IMG/VR virus record: IMGVR_UViG_3300043399_000587 | Location: 60,790-124,789 of that record | Direction: 5' to 3' (one strand) | DNA: 64,000 nucleotides | Origin: a virus | Shown here: piece by piece, positions 1 through 9,973 of the stretch | Numbering within the stretch: the first letter of the stretch is position 1 | How the letters are laid out: the number at the start of each line of letters is the position of its first letter | Notes under the pieces: generated by a model | Told to the model about the DNA's origin: nothing | Databases searched by the model: none | What the model saw: only the letters and a program-made list of their open reading frames with translations | Program-made: the position numbers and the translations under genes

Positions 1-1
1 T

Positions 2-508
2 TTTGCCCCATTAGTAGCAGTATTTGGAATTTCAATGGCATTGAATGCAAATCCTCCAAAGTCTATTGCGCAATTGATGTTATATGGATTTGCGGCACTT
101 ATGGGTTTAAGTTTTTCTACTATCTTTGCGGTATACCAACTAGGTAGTATTTTTACAGCATTTATGGGTGCAGCCGTTTTATTTGGCGTAATGAGCATTT
201 ACGGATACTTTACTAAAACTAGTTTGGATAGTATTGGTAAATTCATGTTTGTAGGTCTTATTGCTATAATCATTGCAAGTATTATCAACATTTTTATCGG
301 CAGTAGCGTATTTGCTATGGTAATTAGCGCATTGGCTATTATCATTTTCTTGGGATTAACTGCATATGACACACAAAGGATTCGTGAAATGGTTAGTATA
401 GATAGAGAATCCGGGTCAATTGAAATCCAAGGTGCCTTGTCATTGTATATTAATTTCATTAATATATTCCTATCTCTACTACAACTATTTGGTGATAAAA
501 AAGAATGA
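2..508 (+). CDS. Bax inhibitor-1/YccA family membrane protein (5'-truncated by window)
   Basis: Multi-TM; motifs LTAYDTQRI and ALSLYINFINIF; frame open from nt 2. Confidence 0.9.
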   Translation, partial: FAPLVAVFGISMALNANPPKSIAQLMLYGFAALMGLSFSTIFAVYQLGSIFTAFMGAAVLFGVMSIYGYFTKTSLDSIGKFMFVGLIAIIIASIINIFIGSSVFAMVISALAIIIFLGLTAYDTQRIREMVSIDRESGSIEIQGALSLYINFINIFLSLLQLFGDKKE

Positions 509-1431
509 AGAACACACTTTGGGTTGAATCGTACCGTCCGAAAACAATAGATGAATATGTTTTCGTGGATGAACGTCAAAAGCAACAAGTCCAACAATGG
601 ATTCGTGATGAAAGTATCCCGCATCTATTACTCAGTGGTGACCCGGGTACGGGAAAAACAACTTTGGCTAAAGTTCTTATCAATGAACTTAAAGTTGAAG
701 ATTACGATGTACTTGAAATTAATGCGTCACGTGAAAACGGCATTGATAATTTGCGTGAAAAAATCAATGGATTCGTGCAAACTATGCCGTTTGGGCAATT
801 CAAGATTGTATTGTTGGACGAGGCTGATTATCTAACTCAACCTGCACAAGCAGCATTGCGTAATGATATGGAAGCATATCATCAGACAGTTAGGTACATT
901 CTTACTTGTAATTATCAATACAAGATTATCCCTGCACTTAAGAGTCGTTGTCATGAATTCCATATCAGTAAAACAGATATGACAGAATTTACAGCACGTG
1001 CAGCTACAGTATTGGTAAGTGAGAATGTAGAGTTTGATTTAGATACATTGGATACATATGTTCGTGGAACATATCCCGATTTACGTAAATGTTTGAACCA
1101 ACTACAAGTAAACAGTAATACTGGTAAACTATTGCCACCAAAAACGCAAGAATCAGGTGAGAATTCGTTCTTGCTAGATGCGACTGCATTATTCAAACAA
1201 GGTAAAATCCTAGAAGGTCGTCAGCAATTGATGCAATATCTGTCACTATATCCAACACGTATTGAAGAAGTGTATCGTTGGATGTATGACAATCTAGACC
1301 TTTGGGGTAAAGAACAAGAAAAGAAAGATGCAGCTATCATTACTATTAGAAATGGTTTAGCGAATCTACCATTGGTAGGTATTCCTGAAATCTGTTTGGC
1401 AGCAACATTGTGTGAACTCACTACACCTTAA
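505..1431 (+). CDS. Clamp loader AAA+ subunit (T4 gp44/RFC small-subunit-like)
   Basis: WVESYRP, Walker A GDPGTGKT, LEINAS, LLDEAD, SRC motif. Confidence 0.93.
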   Translation: MKNTLWVESYRPKTIDEYVFVDERQKQQVQQWIRDESIPHLLLSGDPGTGKTTLAKVLINELKVEDYDVLEINASRENGIDNLREKINGFVQTMPFGQFKIVLLDEADYLTQPAQAALRNDMEAYHQTVRYILTCNYQYKIIPALKSRCHEFHISKTDMTEFTARAATVLVSENVEFDLDTLDTYVRGTYPDLRKCLNQLQVNSNTGKLLPPKTQESGENSFLLDATALFKQGKILEGRQQLMQYLSLYPTRIEEVYRWMYDNLDLWGKEQEKKDAAIITIRNGLANLPLVGIPEICLAATLCELTTP

Positions 1432-1453
1432 CTGCTACTTTTCAGTGGAAACT

Positions 1454-1567
1454 ATGTCCATACTAGAAAATTTACAAATAATGCCTTGGAAAGACAACTT
1501 GCACAAGTCCAATAAACATTCAGAAAATGAAGAAATATTAAACATGTTACTAGAAGGAAATAAATAA
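1454..1567 (+). pseudogene. C-terminal remnant of HNH endonuclease
   Basis: Translates MSILENLQIMPWKDNLHKSNKHS...; NLQxxxxxxNxxKSNK is a typical HNH C-terminal half; no N-terminal half. Confidence 0.55.
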
Positions 1568-1571
1568 ACGC

Positions 1572-1823
1572 ATGAGATATTTATTAATAACTTTTTTAAG
1601 AAAGCCTGGCGGGCAGATTGATGAGCAAGTGCAAGTATCTAAACGTGTCAGAGCTAGTGACAATCAAATGTGTAATGTCATTTTAGATTTTGCAAACAAA
1701 AAAGTAGAAAAGTGTGTTATTGAGGGTAAAGTAGTAGAAACTGATTTTTATCGAATGGTAGAATATTACAAAAAGATTTATCCTAACTTGGTAGCACAGT
1801 TAGAACAAGAAAACAACAAATAA
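1572..1823 (+). CDS. Hypothetical protein
   Basis: 83-aa ORF; TAAATA 5 nt upstream of ATG. Confidence 0.75.
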   Translation: MRYLLITFLRKPGGQIDEQVQVSKRVRASDNQMCNVILDFANKKVEKCVIEGKVVETDFYRMVEYYKKIYPNLVAQLEQENNK

Positions 1824-1846
1824 ATGGGGCTTAAGCCCCATTTATT
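1819..1846. terminator. Bidirectional terminator / perfect 28-bp palindrome
   Basis: AATAAATGGGGCTT|AAGCCCCATTTATT between convergent genes. Confidence 0.8.
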
Positions 1847-2627
1847 AGCCATACAATTTTAGTATGTGTTCAATGATCTTATGTCTTTGGACATCTTTTA
1901 CCTCAAATTTGCATAGGCTTAGCCCCGGAACTTGATAATGATTTAATTTCTCTATAAGATCCATTAAACCGTTTTGTGCAGTTTTTCTATCTGTTTGTTC
2001 GATATCCCCTGTAATAATTAATTTACTACCCTCACCTATCCTAGTCATGATCATTTTTAGTTGACTTGGGGTGCAGTTTTGTGACTCATCAAGAATAATC
2101 CAGCTATGCTTGAAATTCCTTCCTCGGCAAAATGCTAGGGGTGCAATTTCAATAATTTGTTCTTCTAGCATTGTTTGTATTTCTTTAACTGAGTAATATT
2201 CTTTGAGTACATCTAATAATGGACGAGTCCATGGTTCCATTTTGGCATTTAAATCGCCAGGTAAAAATCCATGCTTCTCATCATCGACACCCACTGCAGG
2301 TCTGGTCAAAATAATCTGATTACATTCTCCTGTTCTTAGAGCCTTAATAGCGGCCTGCATAGCCAAATACGTTTTTCCCGTACCTGCAGGCCCTGAAACT
2401 ACGACAATATCGGTTTCATCGTCTAGAAGGGAAATAATGTATTTTTCTTGGTTGATCGATTTAGGAATAAGTTCGATCGGCTTTCTCAATTTTTTCGGCT
2501 GTGCTTGGCTGAAATCTATTGTTTTCGACTGATTAATATAGAAGGTTTTCGCTTCATTTCTCGGGAACTCTGTATATCTAGATGAATTTTCTTTACTGCG
2601 TAATGCGCCGGTTTTACGTTTGCTCAA
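1845..2627 (-). CDS. phoH: PhoH-like ATPase
   Basis: GPAGTGKT, LTRPAV, GFLPGDL, RGRNF, DESQN, TGDIEQTD; likely TTG start at 2627 after AAGGAG. Confidence 0.92.
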   Translation of the reverse strand: MSKRKTGALRSKENSSRYTEFPRNEAKTFYINQSKTIDFSQAQPKKLRKPIELIPKSINQEKYIISLLDDETDIVVVSGPAGTGKTYLAMQAAIKALRTGECNQIILTRPAVGVDDEKHGFLPGDLNAKMEPWTRPLLDVLKEYYSVKEIQTMLEEQIIEIAPLAFCRGRNFKHSWIILDESQNCTPSQLKMIMTRIGEGSKLIITGDIEQTDRKTAQNGLMDLIEKLNHYQVPGLSLCKFEVKDVQRHKIIEHILKLYG

Positions 2628-2794
2628 GTTGTTCTCCTTTTCTAGAGCTATGAATGCTTTGCATTCAAAAATATTTAAACTACTTGTAGTGCAGGATACT
2701 AGCATACTTAAAACGCAACGATCATAGATAAATATTAGGCTATCCTCTAATTTTTTTGATTTCAACAAATAATCTCTTTAGTGATAAATACTAG

Positions 2795-3424
2795 ATGAAG
2801 AATAAAACCGCAGACAATTTTTTTGACGATATTGACTTTGTAAGTATTATAAGCAACGTCAAGGGTATCATGACCAGTGATGGTTCTATGTCTACATTAT
2901 TGGATTTTGAGCGTGTGCTAGACGAAGCAGATTTATACGCTTTTAAGAATTGGATCTATGGGGAACTAGTTCAAGGTCCGGATTCAGGTAGATATTCAGT
3001 AACATGCACATTCATGTGGCCATATAAATTAATGCCTGATCCTAGTGGTGTGAAACGTCTAGCATCAATTGGATGTAGCATATCTTTTGCTAAAGGTAAA
3101 ATAAAAGTTCCCATTGAAGTTAAAAACTATGATGACTTTGTGCAAGGAACTAGATATCCTAAAGGTGTTGAGAAAAAAGTTTGGTTTGTACAGATTGAAG
3201 TGCCCAAGGCATTAATGAACGAAATCAAAGAAGGTTCTATCGATTTAGCTGATCAAACTATCGACTTAGATGATATTGAAACAGCATACGAAGAAGATTT
3301 AGATAAAGAAAATACTCAGCAATCTGAACAAGATAATCAACAAGGAGCAGGAATGGCTCCAATGGATATGAGTGCGGGTATGCCTGCACTGCCAGCAGCA
3401 CCGGGGGCGGCACCGCCGATGTAA
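2795..3424 (+). CDS. Hypothetical protein with acidic/Pro-rich tail
   Basis: 209-aa ORF; TAAATA 4 nt upstream. Confidence 0.8.
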   Translation: MKNKTADNFFDDIDFVSIISNVKGIMTSDGSMSTLLDFERVLDEADLYAFKNWIYGELVQGPDSGRYSVTCTFMWPYKLMPDPSGVKRLASIGCSISFAKGKIKVPIEVKNYDDFVQGTRYPKGVEKKVWFVQIEVPKALMNEIKEGSIDLADQTIDLDDIETAYEEDLDKENTQQSEQDNQQGAGMAPMDMSAGMPALPAAPGAAPPM

Positions 3425-3425
3425 T

Positions 3426-3965
3426 ATGAAAAAATTATACGAAGGTTTAGACTATCATGACATGGAGGGGCAAATAGAACCACGCGTGTCTGTTGACGAA
3501 TATTCTGCTAAAATGGGGAAAGATAAAGATATTGTAACACTAGCTTTTATTGTGAAATCTAAAGAAGCAGGAAATGATTTAGAAGAATGGTTTGAAAAGG
3601 GATATGACTATGTATTAGACGCTAGCTTAAGCGATGGAGAAGTAGTCTCTGGCAAATGGCTAGTATTCGTAGAATTAAGTCGCAGATCAACTGTACCAGA
3701 AAGAATTGTAGAACTTATAAATGACCTTAAAACTTTAACTAATTTAAAATTGTCAGAATGGACAGTTCAAGTGGAAGATGAAGATCATGAACCTGAAGAA
3801 CAAATACTTAAACAGGTTATCATATGCAATCCTAACGAATATAAAATGAAACGAGAACAAGAAGATGAACTAAACGAAATGCGCAGTATTGCTGGTTTAG
3901 AGGTTAAAAATCTGTTTGAAAAGGACAAAGAGCTAAAAGATTTCATTAGCAAAGCGGGATTATAA
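3426..3965 (+). CDS. Hypothetical protein, possibly head-associated
   Basis: MKKLYE start, ELNEMRSIAGL motif. Confidence 0.75.
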   Translation: MKKLYEGLDYHDMEGQIEPRVSVDEYSAKMGKDKDIVTLAFIVKSKEAGNDLEEWFEKGYDYVLDASLSDGEVVSGKWLVFVELSRRSTVPERIVELINDLKTLTNLKLSEWTVQVEDEDHEPEEQILKQVIICNPNEYKMKREQEDELNEMRSIAGLEVKNLFEKDKELKDFISKAGL

Positions 3966-3975
3966 GGGAGTAACA

Positions 3976-4578
3976 ATGGCTACAACAATATTACCTAAAA
4001 AAGCCGGACAAGAAAGGCCAATGGCAACAGATGACGAACAATACGCACAACTTGCAGAAGATCCAACAATACACCAGTTCCCGCAGGGAACTACGTATGA
4101 ATCCTCACCATTTAATGGGTCTGCAACATTTAGCCCACCTTCGTCAGGAAGATTCAATCCTACCGACAATTTTGATTCACCAGCATTTAACCAACAATCA
4201 ACATCAAATTTTGGAAACACCACAAATACAAATCAATCAAATGGAACAATACCGGTATTAACTGGTGCCGCCCCCACTAATGCTGCTAGTGGTGCAGATA
4301 TATTAGTAGGACATGATAAAGACAGTAATGACTGGATAAACAAAAAGTGGCGCCCGGCAATGGGTTGGAGTTACATGCTTACGTGTATTACTGATTTTGT
4401 CATTTTTCCAATATTGTGGTCTGTATTACAAGCAGTTAGTAAAGGGCAAGTTACAAGTCAATGGCAACCATTGACTTTGCAGGGAGCAGGATTATATCAC
4501 ATTGCTATGGGTGCTGTATTAGGTATCGCTGCATATGGTAGAACTAAGGAAAAAATAGAGTCGGCAACCAAGAATTAA
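3976..4578 (+). CDS. GTA-type 3TM holin-like protein with long low-complexity N-terminus
   Basis: WRPAMGW...TM...LGIAAYGRTKEK; AGGGAG RBS. Confidence 0.65.
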   Translation: MATTILPKKAGQERPMATDDEQYAQLAEDPTIHQFPQGTTYESSPFNGSATFSPPSSGRFNPTDNFDSPAFNQQSTSNFGNTTNTNQSNGTIPVLTGAAPTNAASGADILVGHDKDSNDWINKKWRPAMGWSYMLTCITDFVIFPILWSVLQAVSKGQVTSQWQPLTLQGAGLYHIAMGAVLGIAAYGRTKEKIESATKN

Positions 4579-4581
4579 ATA

Positions 4582-4610
4582 TTGACATGAGCACATAGTT
4601 GTGCTAATAT
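4582..4610 (+). promoter_or_regulatory. sigma70-type promoter of dnaJ with internal inverted repeat
   Basis: TTGACA-N17-TAATAT; AGCACA-tagt-TGTGCT in spacer. Confidence 0.55.
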
Positions 4611-4616
4611 CAATAT

Positions 4617-5417
4617 ATGGACCACTATACAACGTTGGGCGTAGCTAAAAACGCTACACCCGATGAAATCAAAAAAGCATATAGAAAATTAGCAAGTAAG
4701 CACCACCCAGACAAGGGTGGTGATACTTCCATGTTCCAAAAAATAGAAGAAGCATATCGCATTTTAAGTGATCCAGAAAAAAAAGCCCATTATGACAACC
4801 CAAATTCACATGGGTTGCCGCCCAATTTCGGTGACATGTTTACTGGAGAGTTTGATGCTAGAGATATATTTTCTCATATCTTTTCTCAGCGCAGTGGTAA
4901 CCCATTTCAAAATAAATCTAGTAGACAAATTTTTAGGACACAAATGTCTGTGTCTTTAGAAGATGTATACAACGGAGCTACGCATGTTCTAAAATTACAA
5001 ACTCCAATGGGTTTGAAGATGATGAATATTGATATTCCTAAAGGTTTGCCCGATGGATCACACTTGCGTTTCGACAATGTGTTAGATAATAATACTTCCT
5101 TAATTGTTGAATTTAAAGTGATGCCAAACCTTAGATTTGAACGCAGAGGAAATGATTTATATTGCAATCAAAAGATATCTGTGTTGGATCTTATAGTAGG
5201 CACTAAGATTAATTTTCAAACGATATCGGGAAAAACATTTGAAGTTTCTGTTCCACCTAAAACACAACCGTATATACAGCTAAAAATTACTGGGCAAGGA
5301 ATGCCAATACCTAATTCTAATCTATACGGAGACCAAATACTTTTACTTAAACCGTTCATGCCTGATACAATAGCAAACGAAATAACTGAAAGTATTTTGC
5401 GTTCCAGAACTAATTAA
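4617..5417 (+). CDS. DnaJ/CbpA-type co-chaperone (no Zn finger)
   Basis: J domain with HPD motif; C-terminal FERRGNDL, GQGMP. Confidence 0.92.
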   Translation: MDHYTTLGVAKNATPDEIKKAYRKLASKHHPDKGGDTSMFQKIEEAYRILSDPEKKAHYDNPNSHGLPPNFGDMFTGEFDARDIFSHIFSQRSGNPFQNKSSRQIFRTQMSVSLEDVYNGATHVLKLQTPMGLKMMNIDIPKGLPDGSHLRFDNVLDNNTSLIVEFKVMPNLRFERRGNDLYCNQKISVLDLIVGTKINFQTISGKTFEVSVPPKTQPYIQLKITGQGMPIPNSNLYGDQILLLKPFMPDTIANEITESILRSRTN

Positions 5418-5437
5418 ATACCTAAAAGGAAATATAA

Positions 5438-7702
5438 GTGACTAATTCACCGGAAATTGAAAGCATCATTGAACAAGCTATTGCAGAGGCAAGGCAAAGA
5501 AAACATCAGTACTGTACAGTAGAACATTTGCTACTGGCACTTATCAATCATAAACCTTTTAAGAAGTGTTTAGTAAGTTTTGGAGCTGATGTTTCTACCT
5601 TCATTGATGAAGTTGCAGCGTACTTAAATGGGCTTCACGCAATTGAAAGTAAAGATCCCGAAGCTATACCGCGCAAAACTAATTCACTAGAACGTGTAAT
5701 GAATCGCAGCATTACGCAAGTACTGTTTACCGGTCGCAGGCAAGTAACTACGATTGATTTGTATCTTAGTATTGCTGCTGAGGGCAACAGCCATGCACAT
5801 TACTTTTTACTTAAGTATGGAATACACAAAACTGAATTCGTTCAGCATTGGCAAAAAAATTATAAAGGTCAAGAATATACAGGTACTCTAACTGAAAACC
5901 AAGCAGATGATATTCTTGAAGAATTTACAACCAATCTTACTAAACTAGCAGAGAATAATAAATTAGAACCTGTAATTGGGCGTAGTAAAGAACTAGAAGA
6001 TATAATTAACATACTTGCTAAACGATTCAAATCAAACGTACTGATGGTGGGTGACCCGGGTGTTGGTAAAACTGCCATTGTAGAAGGTCTAGCACAAGCT
6101 ATTAACAATGGAGAAGTACCTGAATTTCTAAATGGCTATCAATTATTTTCATTAGAAATTGGTAGCTTACTTGCGGGTAGTAAATACCGTGGCGATTTTG
6201 AAGAAAAGGTCAAGGCAGTATTAGAAGCATTGAATACAAAAAAGAAAGCAATATTATTTATTGATGAAGCGCACACCATGCAAGGTGCAGGTGGTTCTAC
6301 CAATGGAAGTGTTGATTTTGCTAATATGATTAAACCCGCGATTACTAAGGGTACACTCAAGGTTATTGCCAGCACTACTTGGGAAGAGTTTTATGAAAGT
6401 TTTGAAAAGGATCGTGCATTGATGCGTCGATTCTATCGTATTGGTATTGATGAACCTAGTCATGATTCTACTATTCGTATTCTAAGTGGACTAGCTGCAC
6501 GATTGAATGAATTTCATGAAGTCAATATTACGGATGAAGCAATTAAGGCTGCAGTAGAAAGTTCTAATAGATACATTCATGATAGGAAAAATCCTGATAA
6601 GAGTATTGATTTGTTGGACGCAGCATGTGCAAAGCAACGTGTTGCAATGAATAAAGATGCTATCATTACTAAAGAACTTATCTATGAACAAGTTGAAAAA
6701 TATACCGGTGTTCCTGCTGACAAGTTGAAGGGTGATAACTTAGAACGAATCAGTACACTTGATGTTAATATCAATGGTAAATTATATGGTCAAGATGAAA
6801 CTGTACAGCAAGTGTTAGACCGAGTGTATGTTAGCTTTGCTGGAATCGGGAATGAAACTAAGCCAATGGCTAGCTTCTTGTTCTTGGGCCCCACAGGTAC
6901 AGGTAAAACAGAATTGGCTAAGTTGTTAAGTAAGAATCTCGACATGCCACTGCTCAAGTATGATATGAGTGAATATAGTGAAAAACACAGCGTATCAAGC
7001 TTGATCGGCCCGCCCCCTGGTTATGTAGGATTCGGTGATAGCCAAGTTCAGGGTGGTCGCTTGATTAGTGACTTGAGTAAGAACCCTCATAGTATCATGT
7101 TGTTCGATGAAGTTGAAAAGGCCCATCCTGATATCTTCAACATCTTTTTACAAATGCTTGACGAGGGAACTATCACTGGTAGTAATGGTAAAAAAGTTAA
7201 CTGTAAGAACACTATCATTATCATGACTAGCAATTTGGGTAGTAGTGATAGTGAAAAAAATAATATTGGATTCGGTGCTCAAGAAAAGACCGGAGAAGAT
7301 GACAAGGCATTAAAAGAATTTTTCAAACCAGAGTTTAGAAACCGACTAGATTTAGTTTGTAAGTTCAATAAACTCGACATGCTTTCTATTAAAAAGATTG
7401 TTATCAAGTTTACAGAAGACCTCAAGAAATCATTATTGGATAAGCATAATATTACATTAACATTATCCGAACCAGTAATCGAATACTTAGCAGAAAAGGG
7501 TTATGATAACAAAATGGGCGCAAGGCCATTGTCTAGGAAAATAGATGAATTGATTAGGGTTCCATTAAGCAAACGTATCCTTTTTGAGCAAATCAAGAAT
7601 GCCAATATTCTTGCAACTCTCAACGAAAATATGATAGAATTTGTCGTTACAAACAAGGTATCTGCAAAGGTAAACCAAAATGGGATTATTGAAGTCAGTT
7701 GA
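5438..7702 (+). CDS. clpA: ClpA-like Hsp100 AAA+ ATPase
   Basis: Clp N-domain, two Walker A (GDPGVGKT, GPTGTGKT), IGF loop, FKPEFRNRLD, GARPL. Confidence 0.9.
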   Translation: MTNSPEIESIIEQAIAEARQRKHQYCTVEHLLLALINHKPFKKCLVSFGADVSTFIDEVAAYLNGLHAIESKDPEAIPRKTNSLERVMNRSITQVLFTGRRQVTTIDLYLSIAAEGNSHAHYFLLKYGIHKTEFVQHWQKNYKGQEYTGTLTENQADDILEEFTTNLTKLAENNKLEPVIGRSKELEDIINILAKRFKSNVLMVGDPGVGKTAIVEGLAQAINNGEVPEFLNGYQLFSLEIGSLLAGSKYRGDFEEKVKAVLEALNTKKKAILFIDEAHTMQGAGGSTNGSVDFANMIKPAITKGTLKVIASTTWEEFYESFEKDRALMRRFYRIGIDEPSHDSTIRILSGLAARLNEFHEVNITDEAIKAAVESSNRYIHDRKNPDKSIDLLDAACAKQRVAMNKDAIITKELIYEQVEKYTGVPADKLKGDNLERISTLDVNINGKLYGQDETVQQVLDRVYVSFAGIGNETKPMASFLFLGPTGTGKTELAKLLSKNLDMPLLKYDMSEYSEKHSVSSLIGPPPGYVGFGDSQVQGGRLISDLSKNPHSIMLFDEVEKAHPDIFNIFLQMLDEGTITGSNGKKVNCKNTIIIMTSNLGSSDSEKNNIGFGAQEKTGEDDKALKEFFKPEFRNRLDLVCKFNKLDMLSIKKIVIKFTEDLKKSLLDKHNITLTLSEPVIEYLAEKGYDNKMGARPLSRKIDELIRVPLSKRILFEQIKNANILATLNENMIEFVVTNKVSAKVNQNGIIEVS

Positions 7703-8417
7703 CAACGTGCCTGGAATCAATTATATTGAATTCCGCGAAAGAAATTATTGGGATAAATTCAAGTATCGAGCTAGACTAACAGTGCCCGGTGCAAGATATA
7801 CCCATAACTTGAAGTCGGTTGATGATTGGTTAAAACGTGCTAAAAATTTTAGACACATTAGACACGAAATGTTGGATTCTAAGACTATATTAGAAAATAC
7901 ACCGATCATTGAAAAGTTCTTGAAATTTAAACGTAAAGTTAAGGCTTCCAAAGAAATAATTGTGCGAGTAGAGGGCGATGTAATTGCAATCTTCTCAAAT
8001 GATTTATCCGAGTTGCACAACTTGCAATCTTGGGGAAACATAGACATTGATTTTACCGAAATACAAATTACCAAAACACAAATTTCGCCATCTGGACATT
8101 TTGCAGGTGTCAAATACTTTGTACGTAAACCTAAAAGGCAATATAGGGTTTATCTAACGTCTAAACGTGTAGATGTTAAGGTTATGGAAGAACTTGTTGA
8201 TCTGTTTAAGAGGTCTAAGCAATTTTATCCTAGTCCAGGTTTAACTTCTTGGTTGGAATTTAGACATAAATCTACTGTTTATAGAGGTAGGTATTGTAGC
8301 TCAGCTTATTTTATTGAGTATGACGAGGAATCGTATATTACATTACTGGCATTAACACACGGAGAATTGCTTGGTCGTAGATTCAAACTTGAAAAACGAC
8401 CAGATACTACTGAATAA
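7680..8417 (+). CDS. Hypothetical protein
   Basis: 245-aa ORF. Confidence 0.7.
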   Translation: MGLLKSVDNVPGINYIEFRERNYWDKFKYRARLTVPGARYTHNLKSVDDWLKRAKNFRHIRHEMLDSKTILENTPIIEKFLKFKRKVKASKEIIVRVEGDVIAIFSNDLSELHNLQSWGNIDIDFTEIQITKTQISPSGHFAGVKYFVRKPKRQYRVYLTSKRVDVKVMEELVDLFKRSKQFYPSPGLTSWLEFRHKSTVYRGRYCSSAYFIEYDEESYITLLALTHGELLGRRFKLEKRPDTTE

Positions 8418-8447
8418 AGATAAATACTCTATTAATGGAGTATTTTC

Positions 8448-8618
8448 ATGGCAAAAATTGTCGAAGATGTATTAGTAGTAAAATTTAGCAAGATAGTTAA
8501 GGATAGTGAGAGCGAGAAACAAGTCCTCGCTAGTCACGAAATTCAACAAGCGCTGGAACAAGTAGCCCAAGAATTAGTGGGTGAAAGTGTGATAGTAGAG
8601 GTTATGGGGGCAGAATAA
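8448..8618 (+). CDS. Small hypothetical protein (not in ORF track)
   Basis: MAKIVEDVLVVKFSK...MGAE, 56 aa; GGAG RBS; TAAATA at 8421; stop overlaps next ATG. Confidence 0.7.
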   Translation: MAKIVEDVLVVKFSKIVKDSESEKQVLASHEIQQALEQVAQELVGESVIVEVMGAE

Positions 8619-9004
8619 TGTCTCAAACCACAACACTAATAATGTTGCCACAAACTACCTATCTTAATCCAGGCAACTCAGCACCTTATACAGTAACAGG
8701 TAATAGTCAACCTGCTGCCGCCTATTATTTAGGTAATCAAGATTTACAAACAGTCAACATTAAAGTTACAAATTGCACTGGTAATATTGTGTTGGAAGCT
8801 AGTTTAGCTACTAATCCTACATCAAATGATTGGTTTAAAGTCTATCAATTAGAAGCAAACGCAAACGCAGTAGCCAACACCGCGCCCCAAATAGCTAGTA
8901 ATGCTAGTGTTTACACTAATGTACAAGGTAATTTTGTTTTCATGCGAGCTAAGGTAGAAAATTTCCAAGGTGGCACTGTTCAGTTTGTTAAGTTAAGTTA
9001 TTGA
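8618..9004 (+). CDS. Putative beta-rich virion protein
   Basis: Thr/Asn/Ala-rich 128-aa ORF in late block. Confidence 0.55.
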   Translation: MSQTTTLIMLPQTTYLNPGNSAPYTVTGNSQPAAAYYLGNQDLQTVNIKVTNCTGNIVLEASLATNPTSNDWFKVYQLEANANAVANTAPQIASNASVYTNVQGNFVFMRAKVENFQGGTVQFVKLSY

Positions 9005-9062
9005 GTTGTAGTTTTATCGGACCTCAACTGACACTTGCCTGTCACCGTGACTAAATAATTAT

Positions 9063-9920
9063 ATGAGTAAAACAATTGTAATACAACCGGGCGGCTATCA
9101 CCCATTTCATGCAGGTCATTATGCATTATACAAGTCTGCATTAGAAGCCTTTCCCAATGCCGATGTTTATGTAGCTGCAACTAATGATCAAAAAGCTAGA
9201 CCGTTTCCATTTAGTATTAAAGAAAAATTAGCTAAACTAGCAGGTGTGGCACCTGGTCGTTTTATTCAAGTTAAGAGTCCTTTTAAAGCGGAAGAAATCA
9301 CTAGTCAATACAATCCAAATGAAGATGTATTGATATTTGTACGTAGCGAAAAAGATCGCAACGAACAACCAAAGCCAGGTGGAATAAAGAAAGACGGCAG
9401 CCCGGCATATTTTCAGCCATGGACAGGTAAAAATTTAAAACCATTTAGTCAACACGCATATATTTATTATCTACCTACAGTAGAATTTGGTCCTGGTATT
9501 AAGAGTGCTACTGAAATTCGTAATGCATGGCCTAATTTAGACGATAGACAAAAAACCGCAATGGTTATGAGTCTTTATCCAAAGACTCAAAAGAATCCTA
9601 CACTTGCAAAAAACGTTGTTGAGTTGTTGAATGTCGGTATGAGTGGTGAACTAGCTGAGTCTATGAACAGCCAAGATCAGGTCAATTTCATAGACCAAGA
9701 AACAGAAAAAATTCTTAAGTATGCTAAGGCACACTACCCACAGTCTGCATCAAAACAACAAGCGTTCGTCATGTATGTATTACGTGCATTAAAACATAGC
9801 GAAGAAGATGATGACGATCAGGACAAAAAAATCAATAATCTTCAACGGGCTGTTAAAGATTTAGAAGCTAAAGTAAATTCACCATTGCATGAAAATAAAG
9901 ACTATTTAGATGAAGTATAA
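9063..9920 (+). CDS. Cytidyltransferase-like (HIGH) nucleotidyltransferase
   Basis: PGGYHPFHAGH, SATEIR. Confidence 0.75.
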   Translation: MSKTIVIQPGGYHPFHAGHYALYKSALEAFPNADVYVAATNDQKARPFPFSIKEKLAKLAGVAPGRFIQVKSPFKAEEITSQYNPNEDVLIFVRSEKDRNEQPKPGGIKKDGSPAYFQPWTGKNLKPFSQHAYIYYLPTVEFGPGIKSATEIRNAWPNLDDRQKTAMVMSLYPKTQKNPTLAKNVVELLNVGMSGELAESMNSQDQVNFIDQETEKILKYAKAHYPQSASKQQAFVMYVLRALKHSEEDDDDQDKKINNLQRAVKDLEAKVNSPLHENKDYLDEV

Positions 9921-9973
9921 TTTTTTGGTAACAAAAATATCATCTAAATAATTTTAACTTTATTGAGGAATGC

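Noticed and set aside
2628-2768. N-terminal extension of PhoH in the ORF track
   Set aside because: A strong RBS precedes TTG at 2627, and the extension covers the divergent promoter region.
9241-9255. Extra copy of the GVxE junction motif (GGTGTGGCAC)
   Set aside because: Lacks CGGAR and lies inside a catalytic domain; likely chance.
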